DNA of 64,000 nucleotides from an uncultured Bacillales bacterium. GTDB taxonomy: Bacteria; Bacillota_I; Bacilli_A; RF39; UBA660. Below, piece by piece: positions 50,760 through 59,946 of the stretch (within the stretch, counting starts at the first letter, position 1; each line of letters begins with the position of its first letter). The stretch lies in contig CATLHA010000004.1 in assembly GCA_949948745.1 (NCBI GenBank), positions 4,261-68,260 of the forward strand. Reading direction: 5' to 3'. The notes under the pieces are model-generated. The model saw only the letters and a list, made by a program, of their open reading frames with translations. It searched no databases and had not been told where the DNA came from. The position numbers and the translations under genes were made by a program.

Positions 50760-51455
50760 ATGTTTTATGATGAAGCAAAAACGATGAAAGCAGTGGAGGA
50801 AGATCCATCCCTGATATTTGATCTTATTAAGGAAGGCTTTACAGAATTCGTTGATAAATTGCTAAAAAAGAAAATAGTAAATATTAACACTTGCGATGAT
50901 GCAGGTAATAGTGTTTTAATGAGATTATTAAAACATGGCGATTATGATTTAGTACTTTCACATATGGGAAATAAAGATTGGGATATCAACCATCAAAATC
51001 AAGATGGAAATACATTTGCCCATTTCTTAGTTTCAATCAATTATGTAAATGTAATGGAAATCATATCAAAATTAAAAAAGAATAAAAAATTTCTTCCTAA
51101 TATTAAGAATAATAAAGGAGAAACAATTCTAGATAAGTCAATTAATGACCATTATATTTATACAACAGTAAAGATTCTAGAAGATGAAAGATTCAATAAT
51201 ATTGATATATTATCTTTCAAAAATTTGTACAATACTTATATTAAAAGTAATAAATACGGGAAATATTCAAAACTTACAAATTTAGAGATAATTATCGACA
51301 ATCTTGAAGATAAGAAATTACGTCCAAGAATGGAAAAATTAGTTTTATTCATTAGAAGTAATTATGATATCATCAAAGAAGAAGTATTAACGAGTCAAAA
51401 ATTTACTTGTATGGATAATATTATTGACAATGCACTAAGAGAAAATAATGCTTAA
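50760..51455 (+). CDS. Ankyrin-repeat protein
   Basis: NINTCDDAGNSVLM, DINHQNQDGNTFAH, NIKNNKGETILD. Confidence 0.75.
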   Translation: MFYDEAKTMKAVEEDPSLIFDLIKEGFTEFVDKLLKKKIVNINTCDDAGNSVLMRLLKHGDYDLVLSHMGNKDWDINHQNQDGNTFAHFLVSINYVNVMEIISKLKKNKKFLPNIKNNKGETILDKSINDHYIYTTVKILEDERFNNIDILSFKNLYNTYIKSNKYGKYSKLTNLEIIIDNLEDKKLRPRMEKLVLFIRSNYDIIKEEVLTSQKFTCMDNIIDNALRENNA

Positions 51456-51523
51456 TTGTATTATTTTCTTTTATTTTATACTATTTCATGCTATAATATG
51501 AACATTTTATAGGGGTGAAGTTG

Positions 51524-52516
51524 ATGAAAGAGATGAGTATAGTAGTTCCTGTTTACAATAAAGTAAAAAACTTAGAAATATCTTTAGACAGCCTACTAGC
51601 CGCAAAAAATGGAAATATAGAATTTTTAGTAATTGATGACAAATCAACAGATGGAAGTTTAGATATTTTAAAAAAATATACAGAAAAAGATAGTCGTATT
51701 CGATTATTAGAAAATATGGAAAATTGTGGAGTAAGTTATACAAGAAACAAAGGAATTAGAGAAGCAACTGGAGAGTATATCGGTTTTTTTGATGCGGATG
51801 ATACAATTGATTATGGATTTTATCAATCATTATATCAAAAGGCAATGAGGAAAAGAAAAAAGCCAGAGATAGTGATTGGAGATTTTCGAATTAAAAATGA
51901 TAATTCTTATAGAGCAGCAGAAGAAAGATTAAAACCATGGATTCCTTTTTCTTTCCAAAGATCCTTTTTTATTAATGAAGAAGTTATCTCATGTTGTAAT
52001 AAGATTTATCATCATGAGTTTATAGAAGATAAAAGCTTTCCCGATTATATAAAAGAAGATTGTTATTTTTATATGTGGACAATGAGAGAAGCAAAAAGAG
52101 TTGAAGAAAACTTGAAATTAAGTTATTACTATCATCTTGATAATTCAGAGCGTAATATTGACTATTTCATCAAGCCAACTGGAAAATTTGTAGAATTAAT
52201 TGAAGCACACAACTGGATGATTCAAAAAATAGGAGATTCTAAAAAATTAAGGTCTGTATTTGGTTTATTGGAAACATATTCTTATGTTGATTTATTAAGA
52301 GCATGCATTGATTGGAATATTCCACCACAAGAAAAGAAAGAACTAGTGACAACCATTATCGACTTCTGTATCGAAACCTATCCAAATATAGATAAAACAT
52401 TATTTGGTAGAAATGTTTTACTATTTTACGATGATGAAATAAAAAATAAAAATCAAAAAGTAAAATCTCTAGAACAAAAGGTTCGTATGTTAGGATCTAT
52501 TTATAAAAAATACTAA
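51524..52516 (+). CDS. Glycosyltransferase family 2
   Basis: SIVVPVYN, IDDKSTD, RNKG, FFDADD, ED. Confidence 0.88.
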   Translation: MKEMSIVVPVYNKVKNLEISLDSLLAAKNGNIEFLVIDDKSTDGSLDILKKYTEKDSRIRLLENMENCGVSYTRNKGIREATGEYIGFFDADDTIDYGFYQSLYQKAMRKRKKPEIVIGDFRIKNDNSYRAAEERLKPWIPFSFQRSFFINEEVISCCNKIYHHEFIEDKSFPDYIKEDCYFYMWTMREAKRVEENLKLSYYYHLDNSERNIDYFIKPTGKFVELIEAHNWMIQKIGDSKKLRSVFGLLETYSYVDLLRACIDWNIPPQEKKELVTTIIDFCIETYPNIDKTLFGRNVLLFYDDEIKNKNQKVKSLEQKVRMLGSIYKKY

Positions 52517-52574
52517 AAAATTATCAAGATATAAAAATCATGTTATAATGTTTAAGGAAAAGAGGGTGATTATC

Positions 52575-53990
52575 ATGAAATTACCTAGTTATAAAGAGGC
52601 TAGAAGTAGAAAAAAAGAAAAAGTAGTTATTGAAGAATACAAAATGCCAAAAAGTATAAATAAAATGGGGCACAATAAAACATATTATGTAAAGACTTAT
52701 GGATGTCAAATGAATGAACATGATAGTGAAAATATTAAAGCAATGCTTGAGGAATTAGGATTTATTGAAAGTTTAGATATGGAGTCATCAGATTTAATTA
52801 TTTTAAATACTTGTTCTATCCGTGAAAATGCTCATAATAAAGCCTTTGGAATGCTCGGAAGATTAAAACATTTAAAGGAAACAAGAAAAGATTTAATTGT
52901 TGGATTATGTGGATGTATGGCGCAAGAAGAAGGAGTAGTAGATGAAATACTACATAAATATCGCCAAGTGGATTTTGTTTTTGGAACACACAATTTGCAT
53001 AGACTTCCAATTGTATTAAAAAATTATTTAGATAATAAAAAACAAGAAATAGAGGTCTTAAGTGTCGAAGGAAACTTAATTGAAGGAATGCCAGTAAAAA
53101 GAGCTAGTAAGCATAAAGCATATGTAAATATTATGTATGGTTGTGATAAATTCTGTACATACTGTATTGTTCCTTACACAAGAGGAAAACAAAGAAGTAG
53201 ACATAAAGAGGATATTTTAAAGGAAGTAAAAGAATTAGTCCGTGATGGATATCAAGAGGTTACATTACTAGGACAAAATGTAAATGCCTATGGAAAAGAT
53301 TTTGATAGTAATTATAAAATGGAAAATCTTCTAGAAGATGTAGCCAAAACCAATATTCCAAGAGTTCGTTTTATGACAAGTCATCCATGGGATTTCACAG
53401 ATCAAATGATAGAAGTAATTGCAAAATATCCAAATATTATGCCATCAATTCATCTTCCAGTACAATCAGGAAGTAGTAGAATCTTAAAGCTAATGGGAAG
53501 ACGTTATACGAAAGAAGAATATTTAGAACTTTTTGATAAAATTAAAGAAAAAATTCCGAATGTTAGTATTTCAACAGATATTATTGTAGGATTTCCAGGA
53601 GAAACAGAAGAAGATTTTGAAGATACTTTAGAATTAGCAGAACATTGTAAATATGACAATGCTTTTACATTTATCTATTCACCACGAGAAAATACTGCAG
53701 CTTGTAGATTAAAGGATGAGACATCACTAAAGGAAAAAGAAAAACGATTATACAAATTGAATACAATCGTAAATAAATATTTTCTAGAAAACAACCAAAA
53801 ACTAGTAGGAAAGACAGTAAAGGTATTAGTAGATGGTCATAATGAAAATGGAAAAACAGAACTATTTGGATATACAGATACCAATAAATTAATTAATTTT
53901 AATGGAGACGAGTCGCTAATTGGAAAAATTATTTCAGTAAAAGTAACCGATGCAAAAACTTGGAGTTTAGATGGAGAATATGTTGAGTAA
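52575..53990 (+). CDS. miaB: tRNA-2-methylthio-N6-dimethylallyladenosine synthase
   Basis: TYGCQMNEHDSE, NTCSIRE, GCDKFCTYC, STDIIVGFPGE, C-terminal TRAM. Confidence 0.96.
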   Translation: MKLPSYKEARSRKKEKVVIEEYKMPKSINKMGHNKTYYVKTYGCQMNEHDSENIKAMLEELGFIESLDMESSDLIILNTCSIRENAHNKAFGMLGRLKHLKETRKDLIVGLCGCMAQEEGVVDEILHKYRQVDFVFGTHNLHRLPIVLKNYLDNKKQEIEVLSVEGNLIEGMPVKRASKHKAYVNIMYGCDKFCTYCIVPYTRGKQRSRHKEDILKEVKELVRDGYQEVTLLGQNVNAYGKDFDSNYKMENLLEDVAKTNIPRVRFMTSHPWDFTDQMIEVIAKYPNIMPSIHLPVQSGSSRILKLMGRRYTKEEYLELFDKIKEKIPNVSISTDIIVGFPGETEEDFEDTLELAEHCKYDNAFTFIYSPRENTAACRLKDETSLKEKEKRLYKLNTIVNKYFLENNQKLVGKTVKVLVDGHNENGKTELFGYTDTNKLINFNGDESLIGKIISVKVTDAKTWSLDGEYVE

Positions 53991-54312
53991 AGAAATAAAA
54001 ATAAAGGTAGAAGAAATTGTTGAAATAATAAAAAATTCTTCCGAATATAAAGAATATCTACTATTAGAAGAAAAAATGAAAAATCATTCAAGAATTCCTA
54101 AATTGATCGAAGAAATTAAAAAAAGTCAAAAAGAATTAGTCAGATTACAGACAGAGGGAAAAAATATAGAAGAAAAAGAAAAGGTACTTAGTACTTTAGA
54201 AAAAGAATTGTTAGAAATTCCTTTATATAATGATTTTATCGATGCACAAAAAAAATTAAATGAAGTATTCTCATTAATTAAGGAAACAATGGATAATATC
54301 TTTCAATTATAA
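53980..54312 (+). CDS. YlbF/YmcA (RicA-like) family protein
   Basis: Helical IKNSSEYKEY...PLYNDFIDAQ pattern; lies between miaB and cotE as ymcA does in Bacillus. Confidence 0.7.
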   Translation: MLSKEIKIKVEEIVEIIKNSSEYKEYLLLEEKMKNHSRIPKLIEEIKKSQKELVRLQTEGKNIEEKEKVLSTLEKELLEIPLYNDFIDAQKKLNEVFSLIKETMDNIFQL

Positions 54313-54337
54313 GAAAGTCAGCTTGACTTTCTTTTTT
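54311..54337 (+). terminator. Intrinsic terminator
   Basis: aagaaagtca-gct-tgactttctt followed by T-run. Confidence 0.75.
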
Positions 54338-54387
54338 CTATCAACAATTAAAATCTCTCGCATAAATTAAATTAGAGGAGGGATATT

Positions 54388-54933
54388 ATGGCAAATACCA
54401 GAGAAATTGTTACAAAAGCAGTAATTGGAAAAGGAAAAAAAACATTTGTAACAACAGATGTAGTAACCCCAGAAATTGTGCCTACAACTATCCTTGGTGC
54501 TTGGGTTATTAACCATAACTTTTCTGGAAGTAAAAATCTAGACAAAGTAATAATAACAGGTAGTTACGATGTAAACATTTGGTACTCTTGCATGGATGAT
54601 AGTAAAACAGAAGTAGTTAAGAAAAATATTAGGTATCAAGAAGTAGTAACTGTACCAAAAAAATCTGAGAAGGCTTTGTCCAATGAAGAAGTTGTCATTC
54701 GTAGTTTAAAACAACCAACATGTACCAGAGCTGAAATCGTAAATGGAAAAATAGAATTTGCAGTAGAAAAACAATTAGGAATAGAAATTGTTGGAGATAC
54801 AAAAGTTAAAATTAGTTATGATGAAGAAGAAGATCCATGGGAAGATATAGAAGATGATCAAGTAGAAGTACAAATAGAAGAAGCAGAAAAACAAATAGAT
54901 CAAGAAATAAAAGAAGAGTTTTTAGATGAATAA
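54388..54933 (+). CDS. cotE: Outer spore coat morphogenetic protein CotE
   Basis: REIVTKAVIGKG, PTTILGAWVINH, G.YDVNIWYS, acidic tail; conserved miaB-ymcA-cotE order. Confidence 0.92.
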   Translation: MANTREIVTKAVIGKGKKTFVTTDVVTPEIVPTTILGAWVINHNFSGSKNLDKVIITGSYDVNIWYSCMDDSKTEVVKKNIRYQEVVTVPKKSEKALSNEEVVIRSLKQPTCTRAEIVNGKIEFAVEKQLGIEIVGDTKVKISYDEEEDPWEDIEDDQVEVQIEEAEKQIDQEIKEEFLDE

Positions 54934-54957
54934 AGTATCTGCCAGATACTTTATTTT
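54931..54957 (+). terminator. Intrinsic terminator
   Basis: taaagtatct-gcc-agatacttta + T-run. Confidence 0.7.
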
Positions 54958-54997
54958 CCTTTCTAAAGGTCAAAAATAAAGTGTTAACAAAAAATGC

Positions 54998-55026
54998 TTG
55001 ACAGTACGAACAAATACTATTATAAT
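54998..55026 (+). promoter_or_regulatory. Consensus sigma-A promoter of rpsP
   Basis: TTGACA-17 bp-TATAAT. Confidence 0.8.
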
Positions 55027-55057
55027 GAATATATAGAAAGAAATGGAGGAGAGAAAA

Positions 55058-55324
55058 ATGGCAGTAAAAATTAGACTTACTCGTATGGGTGCAAAGAAAA
55101 GACCAAGTTACCGTATCGTAGCTAGCGATTCTAGAGTAAAAAGAGATGGAAAATATCTTGAATTAATTGGAACTCATGATCCAATTCAAAAAGAAACAAA
55201 AATCAATGAAGAAATCGCTTTAAAATGGTTAGAATGTGGAGCTCAACCTTCAGATACTGTAAGAAGTTTATTTAGTAAAGCAGGAATCATGAAGAAATAC
55301 GCTGAAAAGAAACAAGGAAAGTAA
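55058..55324 (+). CDS. rpsP: 30S ribosomal protein S16
   Basis: [29 protein letters not shown]; GGAGG SD. Confidence 0.97.
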   Translation: MAVKIRLTRMGAKKRPSYRIVASDSRVKRDGKYLELIGTHDPIQKETKINEEIALKWLECGAQPSDTVRSLFSKAGIMKKYAEKKQGK

Positions 55325-55326
55325 TT

Positions 55327-55575
55327 ATGAATTTAGTAGAATTAACAGAATTTATTGTAAAATCACTAGTTATAAATACTGAGGAAGTTTCTGTAAAAGA
55401 ATTTGAAAGTGATGAAGAAAATACAATTTTAATTCAAGTTTTAGTAAGCGAAGATGATATGGGTAGAGTAATTGGAAAAGGTGGAAAAATTGCGAATGCA
55501 GTAAGAACCTTAGTACAAGCGAGCAGCTATATCCAAGAGAATAAAAAAATAAAAATTAATATCGATAGTTTTTAG
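55327..55575 (+). CDS. khpA: KH-domain RNA-binding protein
   Basis: DMGRVIGKGG GxxG loop; follows rpsP. Confidence 0.9.
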   Translation: MNLVELTEFIVKSLVINTEEVSVKEFESDEENTILIQVLVSEDDMGRVIGKGGKIANAVRTLVQASSYIQENKKIKINIDSF

Positions 55576-55600
55576 AATCAGAAGTGGTTCTTTTTTTTTA

Positions 55601-56095
55601 CTAAAAATTGATGACCCTGTTATTAATCGTTAATAAAATATCTAATATGAATAATCCAAGCAAAATATAAGAAATGAATTTTGGTATTTTATTACTATAT
55701 TTGATACAAAGAGGTTCTATAAAAATAGAAATGATAAGACTAGAAACTCCCCAAACCAAACCCATTTCTAAAGAAGTATATAAACCAATATTAAATTTAT
55801 GTTTTTTATAATTCCAAAAAACTTTATGGAAAATTTGCTGAATAAGATAACCGCTTAAATATTCTATAATGCAGAGTAAAAGAAAAGAAGAAAAAAATAA
55901 AAAAATATATCTTAAAGGCTTTGATTTAATTTTCTTTTTAAAAAAATTATTTAATAAAAGGATAATAATAATTCCAACACCATAGATAGGAGTCCAATAT
56001 CCATAAAGAATTCCACTAGTATAATTAGTTGTAAAAATATTCTCTACCAAATGACCTAAAATAGAAAAAAAGAAAAATATATTTAAATAGTTCAT
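55601..56095 (-). CDS. Membrane protein, DUF1113/TMEM229 (putative ABC transporter permease) family
   Basis: SILGHLVE, G.W.PIYG.G, EY..G, WNY....FN. Confidence 0.75.
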   Translation of the reverse strand: MNYLNIFFFFSILGHLVENIFTTNYTSGILYGYWTPIYGVGIIIILLLNNFFKKKIKSKPLRYIFLFFSSFLLLCIIEYLSGYLIQQIFHKVFWNYKKHKFNIGLYTSLEMGLVWGVSSLIISIFIEPLCIKYSNKIPKFISYILLGLFILDILLTINNRVINF

Positions 56096-56232
56096 AAAAT
56101 CACCATTATTATAATTGCCAATTATAGGAAAAATATGATGAAAATAAGAAGAGTAGTGAAAACTATATTGTAGTTATATCAAAATTGTATTATAATTAAC
56201 ACTAGGATTTATATACTATAAGGAGGTATAAA

Positions 56233-57045
56233 ATGAAACAAAGAGCTTTAGGAGCAGCGCTTATTTTAGTAATATTTTTACCATTATTATTTATAGGAAA
56301 TGAATGGTTTGCATTTTTTATTACAATTATCGGTGTATTAGGATTTAAAGAATTATGGGATAGTAGATTTAAAAAAAGAAACAAGAATAATCAATTACCA
56401 TGGGTTTTAAAACTATTATCTTATGGATGTTTAATCTTTTTAATATTAAATAATTGGAGTTCAAATGAATTTCAAATTATATTAGACTATCGTATATTAA
56501 GCTTATTTTTAATTGTTTTTTTCATTCCAATTATCATTTTGTGTGATGAAAAGAAATATAATTTAGAAGATGCCATGTATACACTAGGAAGTGTAATTTT
56601 CTTGGGGTTATCGTTTAACTTAATCATACTAACAAGAAATTATTCGCTTGAATATATTTTATATTTATTTTTAATCACAACAATGACAGATACTTTTGCC
56701 TTATTTATTGGAAAATTAATTGGAAAACACAAATTAGCAGAACAAATTTCACCAAATAAGACAATTGAAGGATTGATAGGTGGTACAGTAATGGGGGTAT
56801 TTATTGCATGTGCATATTATCTGACTGTAATAAATCCAGAAATAGAAATAGTAAACTTATTAATTGCTACAACGACCTTATCATTAATGGGGCAACTTGG
56901 TGATTTAGTATTTTCCTCAATCAAGAGACATTATGACATCAAAGATTTCTCAAAATTAATTCCAGGGCATGGTGGAATTTTAGATCGTTTTGATAGTATT
57001 ATATTTGTCGTAATTACGGCAATCTTATTTAAGACAATTATATAG
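56233..57045 (+). CDS. cdsA: Phosphatidate cytidylyltransferase
   Basis: DTFA, SPNKTIEG, GDL..S.IKR...IKD...LIPGHGGILDRFDS. Confidence 0.95.
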   Translation: MKQRALGAALILVIFLPLLFIGNEWFAFFITIIGVLGFKELWDSRFKKRNKNNQLPWVLKLLSYGCLIFLILNNWSSNEFQIILDYRILSLFLIVFFIPIIILCDEKKYNLEDAMYTLGSVIFLGLSFNLIILTRNYSLEYILYLFLITTMTDTFALFIGKLIGKHKLAEQISPNKTIEGLIGGTVMGVFIACAYYLTVINPEIEIVNLLIATTTLSLMGQLGDLVFSSIKRHYDIKDFSKLIPGHGGILDRFDSIIFVVITAILFKTII

Positions 57046-57053
57046 GAGGAACT

Positions 57054-58097
57054 ATGATATTAAATATTATTTATTTTGTTCTTGTATTAGGAGTTATTGT
57101 CCTAGTTCATGAATCCGGGCACTTTCTATTCGCCAAATTATTTGGAGTTTATGTATATGAATTTTCAATTGGAATGGGTCCTAAATTATTTTCTAAAAAA
57201 GATAAAAAAGGGGAAACAGAATACTGTATTCGCTTAATTCCAATCGGAGGATTTGTCTCACTTGCTGGAGAAGAGGTAGATGATGATAAAAAAATTCCAA
57301 AAGAAAGAAAATTATATTCAAAAAAGGCTTGGCAAAGATTTTTAGTAATGTTCTTTGGTGCAGGATTTAACTTTATTTTTGCAGTATTATTATTATTCTT
57401 TCTAGCTCTTGGAACAGGTGCTACAAACACAAAACCAATTATAGCTGAAGTAGTCAAAGATAATCCGGCAGAAAAAGCAGGATTAAAAAAAGGAGATAGA
57501 GTTTTAGCAATTAATGGGCATAAAGTTAAAACATCAGATGATATTTCCTTATATTTACAAATTGAAAGTAAAGAAAAAAATATCGAATTTAAAATAAAAA
57601 GAGATGGAAAAGAATATACTTTAAAAGTAAAACCAATAACAGAAGAAATTGAAGGACAAAAAGTATACAGAATCGGTGTAATGATTAATAATGAAAAAAG
57701 ACATGGACTAATACCAGCTGTAGAATATGCCTTTGGAAAAACACAAGCCCTATTCCGTCAAATGTTTATTACATTTGGAAGTTTATTTAATGGAAAAGTA
57801 ACTGTGGATCAATTCTCAGGTCCAGTTGGAATCTACAATGTTGTTGGCACACAAGCAAAAGCAGGACTTGCTAATATCATTTTATTAATAGCGTTACTTA
57901 GTATTAACGTTGGATTTATTAACTTAATTCCATTCCCAGCCTTTGATGGTGGAAGAATTCTATTTTTGGTAATAGAAAAAATAAAGGGAAGTCCAGTAAA
58001 ACCAGAAACTGAAAATATGATACATAATATTGGTTTCATACTACTAATGATTTTAATGGTATATATTACATTTAACGATATTATAAGATTCTTTTAG
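57054..58097 (+). CDS. rseP: RIP metalloprotease RseP (M50, PDZ)
   Basis: HESGH, IGMGP, PIGGFV, PDZ, NLIPFPAFDGG. Confidence 0.95.
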   Translation: MILNIIYFVLVLGVIVLVHESGHFLFAKLFGVYVYEFSIGMGPKLFSKKDKKGETEYCIRLIPIGGFVSLAGEEVDDDKKIPKERKLYSKKAWQRFLVMFFGAGFNFIFAVLLLFFLALGTGATNTKPIIAEVVKDNPAEKAGLKKGDRVLAINGHKVKTSDDISLYLQIESKEKNIEFKIKRDGKEYTLKVKPITEEIEGQKVYRIGVMINNEKRHGLIPAVEYAFGKTQALFRQMFITFGSLFNGKVTVDQFSGPVGIYNVVGTQAKAGLANIILLIALLSINVGFINLIPFPAFDGGRILFLVIEKIKGSPVKPETENMIHNIGFILLMILMVYITFNDIIRFF

Positions 58098-58104
58098 AAC
58101 ATGG

Positions 58105-58131
58105 AAAAAGTCACTATGAAAGTGACTTTTT
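58105..58131 (+). terminator. Intrinsic terminator
   Basis: aaaaagtcact-atgaa-agtgacttttt. Confidence 0.75.
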
Positions 58132-58327
58132 AATATTAATAAGATTTTTCATATTTAAAGAAATTAAGATTATAATTGAATAATAAATAATATTGTCTAA
58201 TAAAGTGATGTTAAAACAAAAAGAAATTAATAAGAAAAAAATATAACTTAAAATAACTATTGGAAACTTGCAAGAAAAATCTCCTTATGGTATTCTAAAA
58301 TGGAATTTAAAAATAGGTTGTGAAAAA

Positions 58328-58606
58328 ATGAAAGAAATGAAAGAAAATTTTGAAATAGAAAAATTAATTCCTAATAACTTAAGGACTTATGTAAGTGAAA
58401 AAAGAACAAATGGGATGTTTTTATCAGATTACCAAATAGAAATATTAAAAAGAAATGGATTTTACTATGAAAAATATGCAAATGTGAAAGAATTATTATT
58501 TGATGTGGAAGATTATCTAAATCAAGAATCATTCATGGACGATGAATTAGAAAATATTGCATCAGAATTAGCAGAAAGAGAATATTATTCTCATACAAAT
58601 CAATAG
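58328..58606 (+). CDS. Small acidic hypothetical protein
   Basis: ATG at 58328 downstream of TTGCAA-17-TATTCT promoter (the track's TTG start is the -35 box). Confidence 0.65.
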   Translation: MKEMKENFEIEKLIPNNLRTYVSEKRTNGMFLSDYQIEILKRNGFYYEKYANVKELLFDVEDYLNQESFMDDELENIASELAEREYYSHTNQ

Positions 58607-58649
58607 AAAAAAGAAAAAAAATAGTGTATACTAAAAGTGGTGATATAAA

Positions 58650-59258
58650 ATGAATAAATACATGATAAAAAGAATAATCAAATATGGATTTTTGTTCTTA
58701 ATTTTAGTTGTTTTAACTCAAATTGTTTATAACTTTGGAAAAGATTCTTATAATCAGTACATTGATTCTCATGAAAATGATTTGGAATGGGTAGAGAAGA
58801 ACATTGTATTAGAGGATGATTATAAAATAGGAAGTCAAGTAAAAGTTGTACATATGCCAGAAAATCTAAGTGTTTCTGAAGAAGATTATAAAAATATTAT
58901 TAATAAAAAAATAAAATCATTATTAGTAAATCGCTATTCCATAGAAAGTCCTTTACTAATCTATAATCCGTTTAAGGAAGAAAATAGTTTATATATCTAC
59001 TTTCATACAGGAGAAAAATATTATGCAGAATACTACACAACCACAGAAAGTATCGCTATCAAAGGAGTAGAAGAATTGAAATATCAACCGTTTTTAAATG
59101 AAAACGGAAAACAGGTAATGACAAGTAGTCATTACTATGTAATTGATTCATTAGTACCAAAGAAAAAAAATAATATTATTATAAGAATATTAGATGAAAA
59201 TGGGGAAGTAATAGAGGCTGATAATTTTATTGTAAATATACCAAATACAAAAAAATAA
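58650..59258 (+). CDS. Membrane-anchored protein with arylsulfotransferase N-terminal-like Ig domain
   Basis: N-terminal TM; YSIESPLLIYNPF...SLYIYFHT and HYYVIDSLVP...N pattern. Confidence 0.55.
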   Translation: MNKYMIKRIIKYGFLFLILVVLTQIVYNFGKDSYNQYIDSHENDLEWVEKNIVLEDDYKIGSQVKVVHMPENLSVSEEDYKNIINKKIKSLLVNRYSIESPLLIYNPFKEENSLYIYFHTGEKYYAEYYTTTESIAIKGVEELKYQPFLNENGKQVMTSSHYYVIDSLVPKKKNNIIIRILDENGEVIEADNFIVNIPNTKK

Positions 59259-59331
59259 GAGCAAAAGCTCTTTTTTCTTTTAATAAAATTCTCCAGTATG
59301 ATATAATGATTAAGATGAAGAGAGTGATATT

Positions 59332-59946
59332 ATGTTTATAGGTTATTATAATAGATCAGTAATTTTAACATATTTAGGAGTATGTTTCAGCATTTTTGGA
59401 ATAAATTTAGCTTTTAGTGGGCACATTTCTTATGCTTTTTTATGTTTACTTGGAGCGGGTATTTGTGATATATTTGATGGACCAATTGCTAGAAAAACAA
59501 AAAGAAATAAAAAAGAAAAAATGTTTGGAGTAGAGATTGATTCCCTATCAGATATTGTGAATTTTGTAATCTTCCCAATTGTTATTTTTCATTGTATGGG
59601 ATATGAAAATTGGTATCAAAATATTATTTATACAATGTTTGCTTTAGGAGGAGTAATAAGACTTGGTTTCTTTAATGTAGAAGCTTTATCCTTTCATGTA
59701 ACAGGCCCAGTAAAATATTATCATGGTCTACCAGTAACAACAACATCCTTTATTTTACCAATCGTATATCTATTATCTTTTGTTTTAAAAGCAAATGTAT
59801 TTGAAACAGTAATGACGATTACAACACTTGTTATTGCCTTCTTATTCACATTTGACTTTAAAGTAAAGAAAATTACAGGAAAAGTTCTTTACTTGCTTCC
59901 ACTTTTAGCCCTTATCATTGCTGTCGTAATATTGTCGCTCCTATAA
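59332..59946 (+). CDS. pssA: CDP-alcohol phosphatidyltransferase (phosphatidylserine synthase)
   Basis: DIFDGPIAR...G.EIDSLSD signature; adjacent to psd. Confidence 0.82.
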   Translation: MFIGYYNRSVILTYLGVCFSIFGINLAFSGHISYAFLCLLGAGICDIFDGPIARKTKRNKKEKMFGVEIDSLSDIVNFVIFPIVIFHCMGYENWYQNIIYTMFALGGVIRLGFFNVEALSFHVTGPVKYYHGLPVTTTSFILPIVYLLSFVLKANVFETVMTITTLVIAFLFTFDFKVKKITGKVLYLLPLLALIIAVVILSLL

